DNA of 64,000 nucleotides from Octopus sinensis (Eukaryota): NCBI RefSeq assembly GCF_006345805.1, contig NC_043003.1, positions 92,008,001 to 92,072,000 of the forward strand, read 5' to 3'. Shown piece by piece: positions 50,848 to 63,060 of this stretch (position 1 is its first letter; each line of letters starts with the position of its first letter). The notes under the pieces were generated by a model. It saw only the letters and a program-made list of their open reading frames with translations, ran no database searches and was not told where the DNA came from. The position numbers and the translations under genes were made by a program.

Positions 50848-53390
50848 CATTGTCATCATTTTCGTTCTGTCACTTTTTCTGTATTTGCATGGTTTGGATT
50901 AGTCTTTTCCATTTTTCCAGCTTAGCATCTTGTTACTTGTAATCTTTTGTCAGAGCCTAGGTGAGATTCAATTTTTGAGATCAGCCTTCACTACTTCTTC
51001 CCATATCTTCCTTGGTCTTCCTTTCCAGCAGGTTCTTTACATCTGTCCCTTGCCTCTTCTTTGCTCAACTGCTATCCACCATGTATCCACCATGTTCATA
51101 TCGATACAGTCTTCTCTTTTTACATGCTCCACCTGATTCTTCTTATATTCAGTTTTCCTCTCCTCACAGTTGTACTCTGTTGTTCATTTACACCAGAGGT
51201 TGGCAAACTTATAATCACTGATCCTTTCATGGAATTGTTAACTTATCAACCCCATCATGTAAATTTCTAAAGTAAAATTAAAAAGTATAATTAATAAAAA
51301 AATTCTTGATTTTTAAAAACAGTAATTCCTTTGTTCTTTTGTGTCATTACCACTTTTTCTTAAGAACTATTTAAAGAAATTCAGTGAAAATACTTAATGA
51401 AATTGATAAGAACAATAAAAATTCAGTCATTATATTGCTTTAGTCAGAATATTTAATGTGAAATATGTTTGGTAAATACTAGATATTGCATTAATATTTG
51501 GCTGGAAATTAGAGTAAATTCAAAATTGTCAGACAACTGAAGCCATCTTTGTCAGCATTTAATGTCCAGGTTCCATACTGGCAGAGAGTCACTCTTATAA
51601 ATGAGCAATAAATGCAAACTACTATTGCATGCCTCTTATGATGTCTTCATGAAAATTATGCTCTTATTCTTAACAGGCCTGTCAATTAGCTAGTTGGCAT
51701 TGCCATGTTTACTAGGTGTATGCCAATGACATACCTGCTAAGGCATTTTGAATTTCCATAATATATTTGAGATATTATATTTCCATATATTTGAATGTTA
51801 TTCAGGTTGAAAAAAATAGTTTGCTAATAATTGAGTGCTCTTAATCCTCAGAATCACTTCAAGAGTTTATTGACCCCTTGGAGAACTACATAGACTTTCA
51901 AGGATCAATATTGATCACTTTGCCGACCCCTGATGTACACTAACATTATACACCTTCCTTCTTTCCAGCCCTCACATCTTTTGTATTTTATGTCTATGTT
52001 TCGCTACAATCCTGTATCATACATTGTACACAAGCAACCTACAACCTGCCCTTCGCTTGCAAAGGGAATCCATTTGTTGCTAGCAGAGCCAATAGCTCTT
52101 GCAACTTTTTCCAATATGTGTTCTACTTCACTGAATGTTTTGTCATATAGATGCAGGCAACTGTATGGTACTGTTTTCCTGCTATAGCCTCAGGCTGACC
52201 AGAGCTGTGGTTGACGCAAACTGAAAGAAACATATTGTATATATGGTTGTGTACCCTTGTTTTGCCATGACATCAAGGTTGTAAATGAGCTTCATCATAC
52301 AAGCGGCGTTATTTTATTTCTTGTCTTCTATGAAAAACATGTCTGACAATGAGGAAAATATTACCTTGTTTGGAAACAGATGAGCATTAGCAGCAGGAAA
52401 GGCATCCAGCCATAGAAAATCTGCCTCATTGAATTTCGTCTGAGCCATGCAAGCATGGATAAGTGGACATAAGAATGATGATGATGATGATGACACTGCT
52501 TTGTGATCCACAGCATCTAATATGACTGATCCAATCATCACCTCTTACTTTCAGCATCTCTCCTGACATCTAGTTTCTCTCCTTGTTATACCTGATATTG
52601 TACCTTGTTGCCTGCGCTTTTTTTTTTTACCTAGGCCTGTCTTTTAACTTTGGGTTAGCCTATCATATCATTCCACGACCTTGTTACCTTTCAGCTGTTT
52701 GGAGCCTTGTTCTATCCACAGATTTTGCCTTTGATTTGCAGTAGGTGATGTAAAAACTAACTGTTGTCCGTATTGTAAGTCTCTCTTCCCATTATATACG
52801 TTACCTAATACTTCTTTGAACCCATGTATGACTGAGGGATCTTGCAGCTTCTATATATTTTCCTTCTTGGTGTCATGTCTCTGAATCCATCAAGCTCTTA
52901 TCCTCTGATTACATTCTTCATAGGGGAAGGACTTACAATTCAGAACCAGTTGTCTGTCCTACTATCTAGTAAGAATGGAATCTACACGGGCCAACTAAAG
53001 AATTTAAGTGGATGTGTGTAGGTTTGTGTCTTCATGTCTTGACACGGTGTGATTCTTGTAAATGAACGCTATTCATTTCCAATATTCTGCAAAATCATGT
53101 CTAGCCATGGGGAAATACTGTGTTGCTTGGAAACAGGTAAGGGTTTGTGACAGAAAAGGCATCTGACTTTAGAAAATCTGCCTCAGTAAACTCCATTTGA
53201 TTCATGCAAGCATGGAAAACTGGACATTAAAACAATAATGATGAAACAAGCTATTCTTTAGATGTTGGCTTCTAACCAAATTCTCACCAGTTCACAAAGA
53301 GAACAAGCAGCAGGCCATCAGGTTAATAACATATAATATGCATCTCGTAAACAATAACGAAAAATTAACAACAGGACTGATTAAATACAC

Positions 53391-53396
53391 TTTATT
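53391..53396 (-). promoter_or_regulatory. Candidate polyadenylation signal of the prepropeptide gene
   Basis: AATAAA on the - strand about 760 nt after the stop, followed by GT/T-rich sequence. Confidence 0.4.
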
Positions 53397-54156
53397 TACT
53401 TTTTTTTATCGTTGATTTTGAAAAACGTGTATGTGTGTGTCTGTGTGTGTGCGTGCGTGTGTGCCTGTGTGCGTGCGTGCGTGCGTGCGCACATGGGTGT
53501 GTGTGTATTTGTGTGTTTGTTTCTTACTCTCCATTCACCTGCATATATCTGTGCACAAATTTAAAAAAAAAACAAAATTTCCTCTCCAGTATTTCCCTAG
53601 TCACTTGTTTAAAGAATTGTTTCAATTTTTGCCCCCACTTCATTTCGATAATAGAATTAATTAATAATAACAATAACAACAACAACAACAACAACAACAA
53701 CAATAATAATAATCATAATAATAATGATAATAATAATAATAATAATAATGTGGACACTGAAGCCTTTAGTGATGGGTGATGCTGAAATGTGTTAGGCTGT
53801 GGGATTTTAATGTACACAAATCATTAATCCACCTAATAAACTATCAAAATAAGTAGCAAACAGATGTATGCATGTTGTATGGACGTTGTGGTGTGTGTTT
53901 TTGTATGTATGCACGTTTTTTTAGATATTTTTTTCAAAACTTTTATTGTTAATATCTTAATTTCTAATTGTTTATAAACGTCCTTTTCTAAACATGTCAA
54001 AGCATAACTTTCAGCATCACTTTCATCGCTGGTGTTCATCATCCCATCACACAAAAAGGAGCATCACTGTCTCCTATTTCAGTTATCATCCCTTTCTTTT
54101 CCGCATCTTGTACGAATTCTCTTCCTTTTTCCAAACTCTGCTTTCTTTCAAATATT

Positions 54157-54313
54157 TTATTTGCGTTTCTCATTGACAGCAATGTTACATTTATGGTAAG
54201 TTTCGAAGGTTTTGTCTGTGAGACAGCGATAAGTATAGCTACTACCATAGAATTCACCACAGGCTTCACAGGTTCCAGCATATGAATAAAGAGTCGCCCC
54301 TTTCGGAATTGAT
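54157..54313 (-). CDS. Secreted Cys-containing prepropeptide, last coding exon
   Basis: Acceptor TTATTCGTTGTAG|; phase matches the upstream exon; encodes (R)SIPKGATLYSYAGTCEACGEFYGSSYTYRCLTDKTFETYHKCNIAVNEKRK*. Confidence 0.82.
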
Positions 54314-55744
54314 CTACAACGAATAAATGCACATTTAATCTCGAGTCATACAATAGAACCTTGACCTGCTAAAAGCAGCAGTCAATTCGTCCTCAAATCA
54401 TAACCGTTGTTATAAAAAAAAAAAATGAGACAGTGGTGGTGGTGTTGGATTTTCGTCGGTCAACGATGAGGATTCAATTGTTTAATCAACTGAATTACCT
54501 GCCCCTGAATTAATATGCAAGTGATTGAGCATTCAACAGACGTGTACCCTTAACATAATTCTCAGACCTAATGCTTTTAACCTTTCATCTAGCTAAAGTC
54601 ACATCCCTCTGTTTTGTAGCCCCTCTCAGTCAAAGGGGATTTTAGTTTTCCAAACTGCATGGCGACGTTACTAGTGCTGGTACCACAAAAAAGAAAAAAG
54701 GACCCACTATACTTTATGAAGTGGTTGGCATTATGTAAAACTATGTCGTGGACATACGAATGTGGCAGGATTATCTGTTTCTCAATTGACTGGAAGAAAT
54801 GACGTACACAATCAATTTTCAATCCTTATTAGGGTCTCATCAGAGGTTTTTACATCATTTCACCAATCTCAGAGAAATACAGCCAATCTGTTTGTATATG
54901 TAGCTGTGTGGTAATTAGCTTGCTTCCCAACCACATGGTTCTGGGTTCAGTTCCACTGCGAGGCGTCTTGGGCAAGTATCTTCTACTATAGCCTCGGACT
55001 GACCAAAGTCATGTGAGTGGATTTGGTAGACGGAAACTGAAAGAAGATCGTCATATATATATATGTGTGTGTCTGTGTTTGTTCCCCCACTATCGCTTGA
55101 CAACCAGTGCTGGTGTGTTTAAGTCCCCGTATCTTAGCAGTTCGACTTAAGATACCAATATAATAAGCACTAGGCTTACAAAGAATAAGTCCAGGGGTCG
55201 ATTTGCTCCAGCATAGCCGCAGTTTAATGGTTGTAGCAAATAAAAGAAGAAAAAAAATAGCTCCAGAAAGCAAGAGCTGTTTTTATGTGTACTTTTGTCT
55301 TGACATTATGTGATGGTTACAAACGAGCGAGCGATGTTCGTGTTCGTTTCCTGCCTTCCGTGAAAACCATAACTGGTTACGGGGAAATATTACTTTAGAA
55401 ACAGTTAAGGTTTGGGCGACAGGAAGGCATCCGGCCGTAGACAACCTGCCTTAGTAAATTCCGTCTGACCCATGCAAGCATGGAAAAGTGAACGTTAAAC
55501 AATGATGATGAAGATTTTGGATCTTGTAGCAAATTAAAACCGTTCTGTTACAAAATCAACTGTACAAACACCCAGTCCAGATTTCTCTTTAAAATATCTA
55601 GCCTATACTATATACTATTATATACTATGTTATTTTCTTTAACTGCTAAGTGTGAGTGGCAAGCTCCGGTGCATAGAGGTAGGCCTTGATTCCAGTCAGT
55701 TTGGATTCTTGAATTTCACTGTTAATATTGCGTGAGGCAGAGCT

Positions 55745-56288
55745 ACTGTTATTTCCTATTTGCTTCTTTCTAGAAATCAAAGAAAATGACTACTATTCTC
55801 TTCAAACTTTGCTTTTGTGATTTGGACATCTGTTTCAAATTTGAGCATCCAAGATTGTGTCACCTGTTTCAAACCATATTTCTTAATCTAAAGAAATTTA
55901 TCAGTAGCTGATTAAAAAAAAAAACCATCGAGAATATAGGTTAAATATTTTATCGAACCTATTTGTCTTACGGTTTGGTCCTGCTTCACTGTTCCATGGA
56001 CCAAAACGAAGGAGGTGTTACACATCGCTTGATCTGCTATAAATAACACCCAAAATCTCCCTTATAAGAAAAAAAGGATAAGGTAGTCATAGATACTTAT
56101 AATAAAAATAAATAAAATGATGGGATAGCTGCAGCTGGAACATTTGATCATAGATTTTTCACTTCGGCGAACCAAATTGAAAGAGTTGAACTGCAGTCGC
56201 TCAGTCTGCTAGAAGTAGCAGCCAAATCTTCAAATCACTTTCATTGTAAGAAAAAGCAAAGGCCACATTGGATAAGGTAGTCATATAT

Positions 56289-56347
<59 letters not shown>

Positions 56348-57185
56348 ATGATAGAAAAAAACAAAACAATGGACTCGTCACAACTGGAACACCGTTGAAG
56401 TTTGACCGTAGTTCTGTTGGATGGGAGCAAACCTGGAGGTGAACAACAACTTCAGTGTTTTTGCGGATGAATAGCATGAAATGTTAAAATAAAATGTGAG
56501 CAAAATGTCTTACCTTCTGATCTCGTCCAGAGTCATACTGCTTCCATAACTGCACATCAAGGTACAAATTAAAGCAATAATAGCCACGCGTGGTAAACTC
56601 ATCATCATTGTTAACCTGTCTATATATAAATATAAAAGAAAATGAAAAAGGACCCCATTAAAATAGTATTTTTGCTGCAAAGTGTAATGCTGACGGAACA
56701 AGCAAAGTTATTTGAAGCTATTTTTGTAGAAAGCTGTCATTTCAAATCCATTACATTGTAAAACGATTTTTGTCTTTGGGAAGCAACTGTTATTTGCTAT
56801 TTGCTTACCACTAGAAAATACGAAACGGCTAATATTTCCTTCAAACTTTGCTTTTATTACATTTATTCAAACTTCAAAGAATCCCTCTCAACACATGGCT
56901 ATGATGTTCCCCAACTACTCCTGCTCATCATAGTCAGCCACTAAAGGATGTGCTCAAGTGGTTAAGGTCAAACAACTGACAAGCAAATCTATGGTACTGA
57001 GCAGAATATGTTATAACGATATTTCTGCTTGAGTGACTCAGCGCTGAATTTGTCTGAATTGTAATGGAAAATAGGTCAGTTTCAAAACATTGCCGTCCAG
57101 ATGTCCAAATCACAAAAGCAAAGTTTGAAGAGAATTGTAGTCATTTCCTTTGATTTCTACAAAGAAGCAAATAGAGAATAACAGT
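55745..57185. repeat. 88-bp inverted repeat pair (55745-55832 / 57098-57185) bracketing the signal-peptide exon
   Basis: Manual alignment shows about 5 mismatches in 88 bp. Confidence 0.85.
56514..56608 (-). CDS. Secreted prepropeptide, first coding exon (signal peptide)
   Basis: ACAG|GTTAACA-ATG; MMMSLPRVAIIALICTLMCSYGSSMTLDEIR(R); consensus donor AAG|GTAAGA, phase 2. Confidence 0.85.
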
Positions 57186-57220
57186 GACAAAAAAAAAAAA
57201 AAAGAAGTTACACAGTATTA

Positions 57221-57971
57221 CAATTGACAATTCTTTATCGAAATTACTGGGACCCCAACGTGTTTCAGATCTCAGAATATTTTTTATATTTGCATCTATA
57301 AAACGGCGCAGCTTGGGGATGGGACCTAAATCTAAACACAGCATCCATTTACATTTCATAATATAGCTTATACATATACTCTGAATGTAATTTTATATAA
57401 ATTTTTTAATGATTTTTTTATACATAACACCGTCAGAAAAGTAAGATGTCAGTCTCTACCAAAGATGTCATGTTTTGATTAAAAGTTTACAATATACGTA
57501 CGCCATTTGTATTTTATTTTATCGCTATACAAATATTAGTTTTTATGTAAGGTATTGAATATGATTACATGTAAATGTGATGAAGGCTGGAAATAAAGTC
57601 AGCATTTCATTTTTAAAGTAATGTGCAAGGACTGATCTAGTCATGTTACACTCATACATGGAGGTGAAATTCAGACCTTACGTAAAAACAACAACAAAAC
57701 CCGTTTTGTGCTTACTGTACAAAAACAAAAAACAAAAGACATTGATCACCGCTTACTGATTTAAACATAAGCGCAGACCTAGATATTACAATTACGTCAG
57801 ATCCGAGAAACTTGAAGGAGAGGGTATATTATAAATGACACCACTGTGCATTGGAAAGTTCGGCAAGTTATCAGTATTCACATACAAAGAATGCAACGAT
57901 AGCGTGTCATGTCAGCATCAAAATAAATAACTTTCGGATTTTGGAATTTAGGATAAATGATTTTCAATTTG
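57221..57971. mobile_element. pogo/Tigger-type non-autonomous element resembling Tigger4 (Zombi/MER46)
   Basis: CTTGGGGATGGGACCTAAATCTAAACAC..GTAATTTTATA and the end TTTCGGATTTTGGAATTTAGGATAA resemble the recalled Tigger4 consensus; degenerate TIRs. Confidence 0.55.
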
Positions 57972-58369
57972 GTTTATTATGATATGGTTTTACATTTACT
58001 TAGTTCACTTAGCTGTTAGCTAATATAGGTTGATGACGAGTTGAGTACAAAACGCCAACAACAAATGGAACCCTTTATCATACCAGTACCTTCAATAAAG
58101 ATCATCTCATATTTTTCTGAGATGTTTATAAGAAGTGTTTCAAACTTTGAGAGGTGTGAAGTAAATTATTCTTAGCGGTGAAGCTTGAAATAAATAAAGC
58201 TGCAGTTTGTAGAAAATTGGGTCTTAAAATATCTTGGATGAGGTGGGGGAAACAAAAGATATTTAGAGATGGGACACGAACTCGTATTTTCTATAAACAT
58301 GACAGACGCTCGAGCGTCTAAAGCAACAGTTTGAAGTTTCTCCCTCCATTTTAGATGTTCTGCTCTTAC

Positions 58370-58470
58370 TATTGAGACTTGAAAGATCTTTATAAGAATT
58401 TAGAATCTTGAAGAGATTTTCTCGTCTAAGGGTTCTTTAAAACTCAATATTGTACGTGCTGTTATTTATA
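58370..58470 (-). promoter_or_regulatory. Candidate TATA box and non-coding first exon of the prepropeptide gene
   Basis: TATAAATA (58470-58463), Inr-like TTGAGTT about 26 nt downstream, donor |GTAAGA at 58369. Confidence 0.4.
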
Positions 58471-59575
58471 GCATTAGCTACTTCGAGTCCCAGCGTTAAA
58501 ATTGATTCACGTAAATCTTTTTAAAGTTCGACCTGACGTTTTATTTTAAGGTTTCTACGACCAACGACTGATGGATGGAAAGGAGGAGAACTGATCTGAA
58601 TTCTCGTAACAGTGAACTCTGCTAAAAGCTTTCATGCATCAAATGATACACGAGTTACCCTTTTATATTTCAGTTGAAGTACACTGCTTTGTTTTAATAA
58701 ATTTTGTCAATGGTGATGCATTTTAAAAACAATTTAGTCACTATTAGGCTGTGTTTGGAACAAATTAAAATGAAAAGTAGGATCACTTTAAAACAGGATG
58801 TTTATATCATAGAACCAAGTATCAGTCTCACGTAGGTTGGTATCAAAAGAGTTAAACTGGGCAAGGAATTAAGTCTACCTTTGAAAACAGTAGCTTGTGC
58901 ACACTTTCCGTTTACCAAATTTCAATCACAAGGTCCTGATCACCTGATGCTAAGGCAGGAAAATTTGCCCAAAGTTCCACAGCTGTGATGCAAAATGAGC
59001 TTGAATCAAGTAATCAGATGAGAGCTGAAACTGGACCCAACAAACCATTATTTTACCATTTTTGTATATTTCATTTACGTTGTCTTATAACACATAGCTG
59101 CAAATAGGCACTAGGAAAGAACAGTTCTTTGAGTTCTTTACCTTTTCTAAGACTGGTGTATCTTGAGGGATATTTCGCTGCTATTTCTAGTAAGTCAAGG
59201 CTTCTTGTTAGATGCCGAGAACCTTGAATAGCAATTAACTCTCGAAGAAATCGGCTTGTGATTGATTTCAACGACGAATTGTTACCATTTTACTTCATTT
59301 CTATTGCTAATGTCAGGGAAAAATAACACCGTTTCTTTTAGCTATTACGTGATGTAAAGACAAGAAGACACAAATGCGTAGATCATGTGTATGCACACGT
59401 ACATAATTCAGACACGACGGGCTTCTTTCAGTTTCCGTCTACCAAATCCTCTCACAATACTTTGGTCAGATCTGGATTAAGTAGAAAACACTTGCTACTC
59501 AAGGTGCTACACAGTGGGACTAAATCTACGTTTTAACTACACAGTGATATCTGCACCAATATATATATATATATT

Positions 59576-60122
59576 TTGAAGATGACCCAGGGTCTGGACG
59601 TCCTGCAACTGGCTACCACTACCGAAGAAAACATTGATCGTGTTCATCACATGGTGATGGATAACAGGCGATTGGCTATAAATCAAAGACCCAATGCCAT
59701 TAGCATCTCCCGTGAGAGAGATGAGAATATTTTGCGCAATGAACTTGGCATGACGAAGGTCTCTGCTCGGTGGATGTCACGTCTTTGGACACCTAATCTA
59801 AAGCTCAGGAAAAGAGACAAAAGGGGTTTTGTTTCACCAAGCAAATCCTTAGTTTCAATGGCTGCTGTGTGTGATTATGGCTTTGAACTGGTTGATCAGT
59901 TTCCCTATTCTCTTGATTTGATTCCATCTGTTCCTCAAAATAAATAAATAAATAAAATAAAATTATTCCCCAAAACACTTGGCTGGGAAAGAATATAGCA
60001 GTTATAACGACGTCATATCTGCTGTTGATGATTTAACCAACAGGATGAAAGCTTCCAATGGGATCCAAGCACTGCAACACCAATGACGAATGGAAAAAAT
60101 GTGTGGGTCGCAAGGGGAACTA
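59576..60122 (+). mobile_element. Internally deleted mariner transposase remnant
   Basis: TTEENIDRVHHMVMDNRR, LGMTKVSARWMSRL, FELVDQFPYSLDL, WKKCVGRKGNY. Confidence 0.8.
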
Positions 60123-60139
60123 TACTCTCTCTTTTACTC

Positions 60140-60570
60140 TTTTACTCTTTTACTTGTTTCAATCATTTGACTGCGGCCATGCTGGAGCACCGCCTTTAAT
60201 CGAGCAACTCGACCCCGGGACTTATTCTTTTGTAAGCCCAGTACTTATTCTATCGGTCTCTTTTGCCGAACCGCTAAGTAACGGGGACATAAACACACCA
60301 GCATCGGTTGTCAAGCAATGCTAGGGGGACAAACACAGACACACAAACACACACACACACACGCATATATACGCATATATATATATATATATAATATATA
60401 TATATATACATATATACGACGGGCTTCTTTCAGTTTCCGTCTACCAAATCCACTCACAAGGCTTTGGTCGGCTCGAGGCTATAGTAGAAGACACTTGCCC
60501 AAGGTTCCACGCAGTGGGACTGAACCCGGAACCATGTGGTTGGTAAACAAACTACTTACCACACAGCCAA
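60140..60570 (-). mobile_element. SINE family A, young full copy
   Basis: Near-identical to 2161-2545. Confidence 0.88.
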
Positions 60571-60670
60571 ACCTTATTTGGTCACATTCCATGAGTGTAT
60601 CCTGGTCAGCCTATGAACTCTTCGTCCGCTCCTCGTGTATATATATATATATGCGCACGCACACACACAC

Positions 60671-60747
<77 letters not shown>

Positions 60748-60806
60748 GCGGAAAGTATTTCAGGATATATTTGGTAATTTAATAAAACAACTTTAATCTA
60801 GCAAAA

Positions 60807-61107
60807 GTGGAGGCGCCATGGCCCAGTGGTTAGGGCAGCGGGCTCGCGGTTTCGATTCACAGACCTGGCGTTGTGTGTGTTTATTGAACGAAAACACCTA
60901 AAAGCTCCACGAGGCTCCGGCAGGGGGTGGTGGCAACCCCTGTTGTACTCTTTCGCCCCAATTTTCTCTCACTCTTTCTTCCTGTTTCTTGAGTAACGCC
61001 GCAATGGACTGGCGTCCCGTCCAGCTGGGGGGGGGGGGCACATACGCCACAGAGACCGGGAAACCTGGCCCATGAGCCTGGCTAGGCTTGAAAAGGGCGA
61101 GAAAAAA
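60807..61107 (+). mobile_element. tRNA-headed SINE family C with 12-bp TSD
   Basis: GGAGGCGCCATGGCCCAGTGGTTAGGGC..GGTTTCGATT head; V-domain-like ATGGACTGGCGTCCCGTCCAG; AATCTAGCAAAA at 60795 and 61108. Confidence 0.85.
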
Positions 61108-61379
61108 AATCTAGCAAAAACCATACTACTGATGGGGCTTTCTGCAATTTATTGTTTAAAGTGATTAAATGTTTGTGCTGTACATAAACTTCCTTCCTCC
61201 ATCCAGTCGACATTGTTTGTAAAGGTGCACGGTGCACCGCACGCCAGATGTTGAAGTGATTGTAGAGCTACGATAGATTAAGTTTTTTGTTCAAGAATAT
61301 AGCGCCCAGTCCGGGAATCGAAACCGCAAGCTTGCGATCGTGAAAGCAGCACCATGATCACTAGGCTACATGCCTTCAT

Positions 61380-61620
61380 TCACATACATACATACACACA
61401 TACATACATACATACATACATACATACATACATACATACATACATACATACATACATACACACATGCATACATACGTACATACATACACACATACATACA
61501 TACACTACATATATGCATGCATACATACACACACACATGCGTGCATACATACATACATACATACATACATACATACATACATACATACATACATACATAC
61601 ATACATACATACATACATGC
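61380..61620. repeat. (CATA)n microsatellite
   Basis: Direct reading. Confidence 0.95.
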
Positions 61621-62119
61621 TGATAGCTGTATAAACGATTGAAAATGGAACCCAAATACTCCAACATGTTGTTTGAAGTTTCGAAGACGCAGATAACTGC
61701 CGATGTCGTCAGATGTTCTGGATCTGAGTCAGTCATGAAATCTCTTCGAAGTGACCCATTGATCAGTTCATATTGTGTGGATGAATTGTTGGAACTGCTA
61801 TCTCTGATAATTCCACGTAGTATAGGAGATAATCTAGTAACCTCCTACTTGACCTACAGTGAGATTTTACACTGCAGTGATGATAGATAGCAATGCAAAA
61901 GAATGTCCATATTATTCTAAATGGCGGTTATTGGACTTTTGGTGTTATGTTACATATCAGTATTTTTACAACACCACTGCGACACCTAGTGGTGTGTTAT
62001 GCTTAGCTGTGTGATGCATTCATAGCTGAGTATTAGCGCTGGTAGACTGCGCTAGCCGTTTGAGAGAGGGGTTAATCTTACTATGGGCAGGTTTAGATTA
62101 TTTACTCAGCAGGTGTGTA

Positions 62120-62690
62120 TTGTTCAGCTAAAATAAACAACCTTTCTGGTGACTAATTCGACAGGTCATTTCATTAATAGATTATTTTGCTGATGGCAAC
62201 TATACGATGGCTTAGTTTTCTTGTTAGTGGATAGTGCAGTTGTTGCAGTATGTGCACTTTCTCACGGAAACAGAGTTGACAATTACAAGGTTCAGGTAAA
62301 TTAGAGGAAGCAGTGTCAAGGATAGTCCATGTGTTGAGGAGAAATAGCTTCATCAGTCCCCCAGAGTTTCCAGACGAAGCGGGGTCGAGAAGTAAAGATT
62401 TTCCTCTTCCTGTATTCAAAAGAGTGCGAACGTTGTCTTAAACTTCCTTTGAAATCATTGGCTGTAAGATCCGTGTAGTTCCTCTGGTAGCATCGGATGA
62501 GGTGTTGCTAGCTCTATAAACCGGAGCCTTTGAGAGGTAGTACTATCTAATGAGCAGCTGGTGGTATTTAGGCAGTGACAGGCTGGAGTATGAAATAGAG
62601 TCGGTGGATATGTAATTTTCCTTTTGTTGTGTGCGATTTTGGACGCGATATTATCTAAGCATGACTAGCTAACTTGACATATGGTTAAAC
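62120..62690 (-). mobile_element. Decayed GIY-YIG region of a different Penelope-like clade (Naiad/Neptune-like)
   Basis: Minus strand remnants: CHC..C..VYRA, LTANDFK, FVWKL, WTILDTA, CQLCFREKVHI. Confidence 0.55.
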
Positions 62691-62817
62691 AGAGGATTGA
62701 ACCACATTAGTCTTCTATTTCTAACTCTCTTTTGGTATATATGTATATGTATATATATATATACGTTTAAATATTTGTTGTGCAAGATTTTTTATGAGAA
62801 GTCGTGTGTTGAAACAG

Positions 62818-62979
62818 ATATTGTTATATTTCGGAATGGTCATATTGCCAGTTTAGCCAATAAAGATTAAGATTAATGTAAAAAATAAATAACACTGAAG
62901 TAAAATAACACCAAATATATAGTGCGTGTGTTTTTATTGGCTAAACTGGCAATATGACCATTCCGAAATATAACAATAT
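62818..62979. repeat. Perfect 47-bp inverted repeat with 68-bp spacer
   Basis: ATATTGTTATATTTCGGAATGGTCATATTGCCAGTTTAGCCAATAAA (62818-64) and its reverse complement (62933-79). Confidence 0.92.
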
Positions 62980-63014
62980 ATATATATATATGTACACACA
63001 CACACACACACACA

Positions 63015-63060
<46 letters not shown>

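Noticed and set aside
54039-54353. 104-aa minus-strand ORF from the track
   Set aside because: Overlaps the peptide exon in a different frame; splice phase, Cys pattern and dibasic sites favour the other frame.
57670-57835. Promoter/first exon for the peptide gene (TGACGTAA, GTAAG donors)
   Set aside because: Inside a Tigger-like element; the 58370-58470 candidate has a better TATA-Inr-donor arrangement. Not fully excluded.
60807-60870. tRNA gene (also other SINE heads)
   Set aside because: No complete cloverleaf; continues into a SINE body with TSDs.
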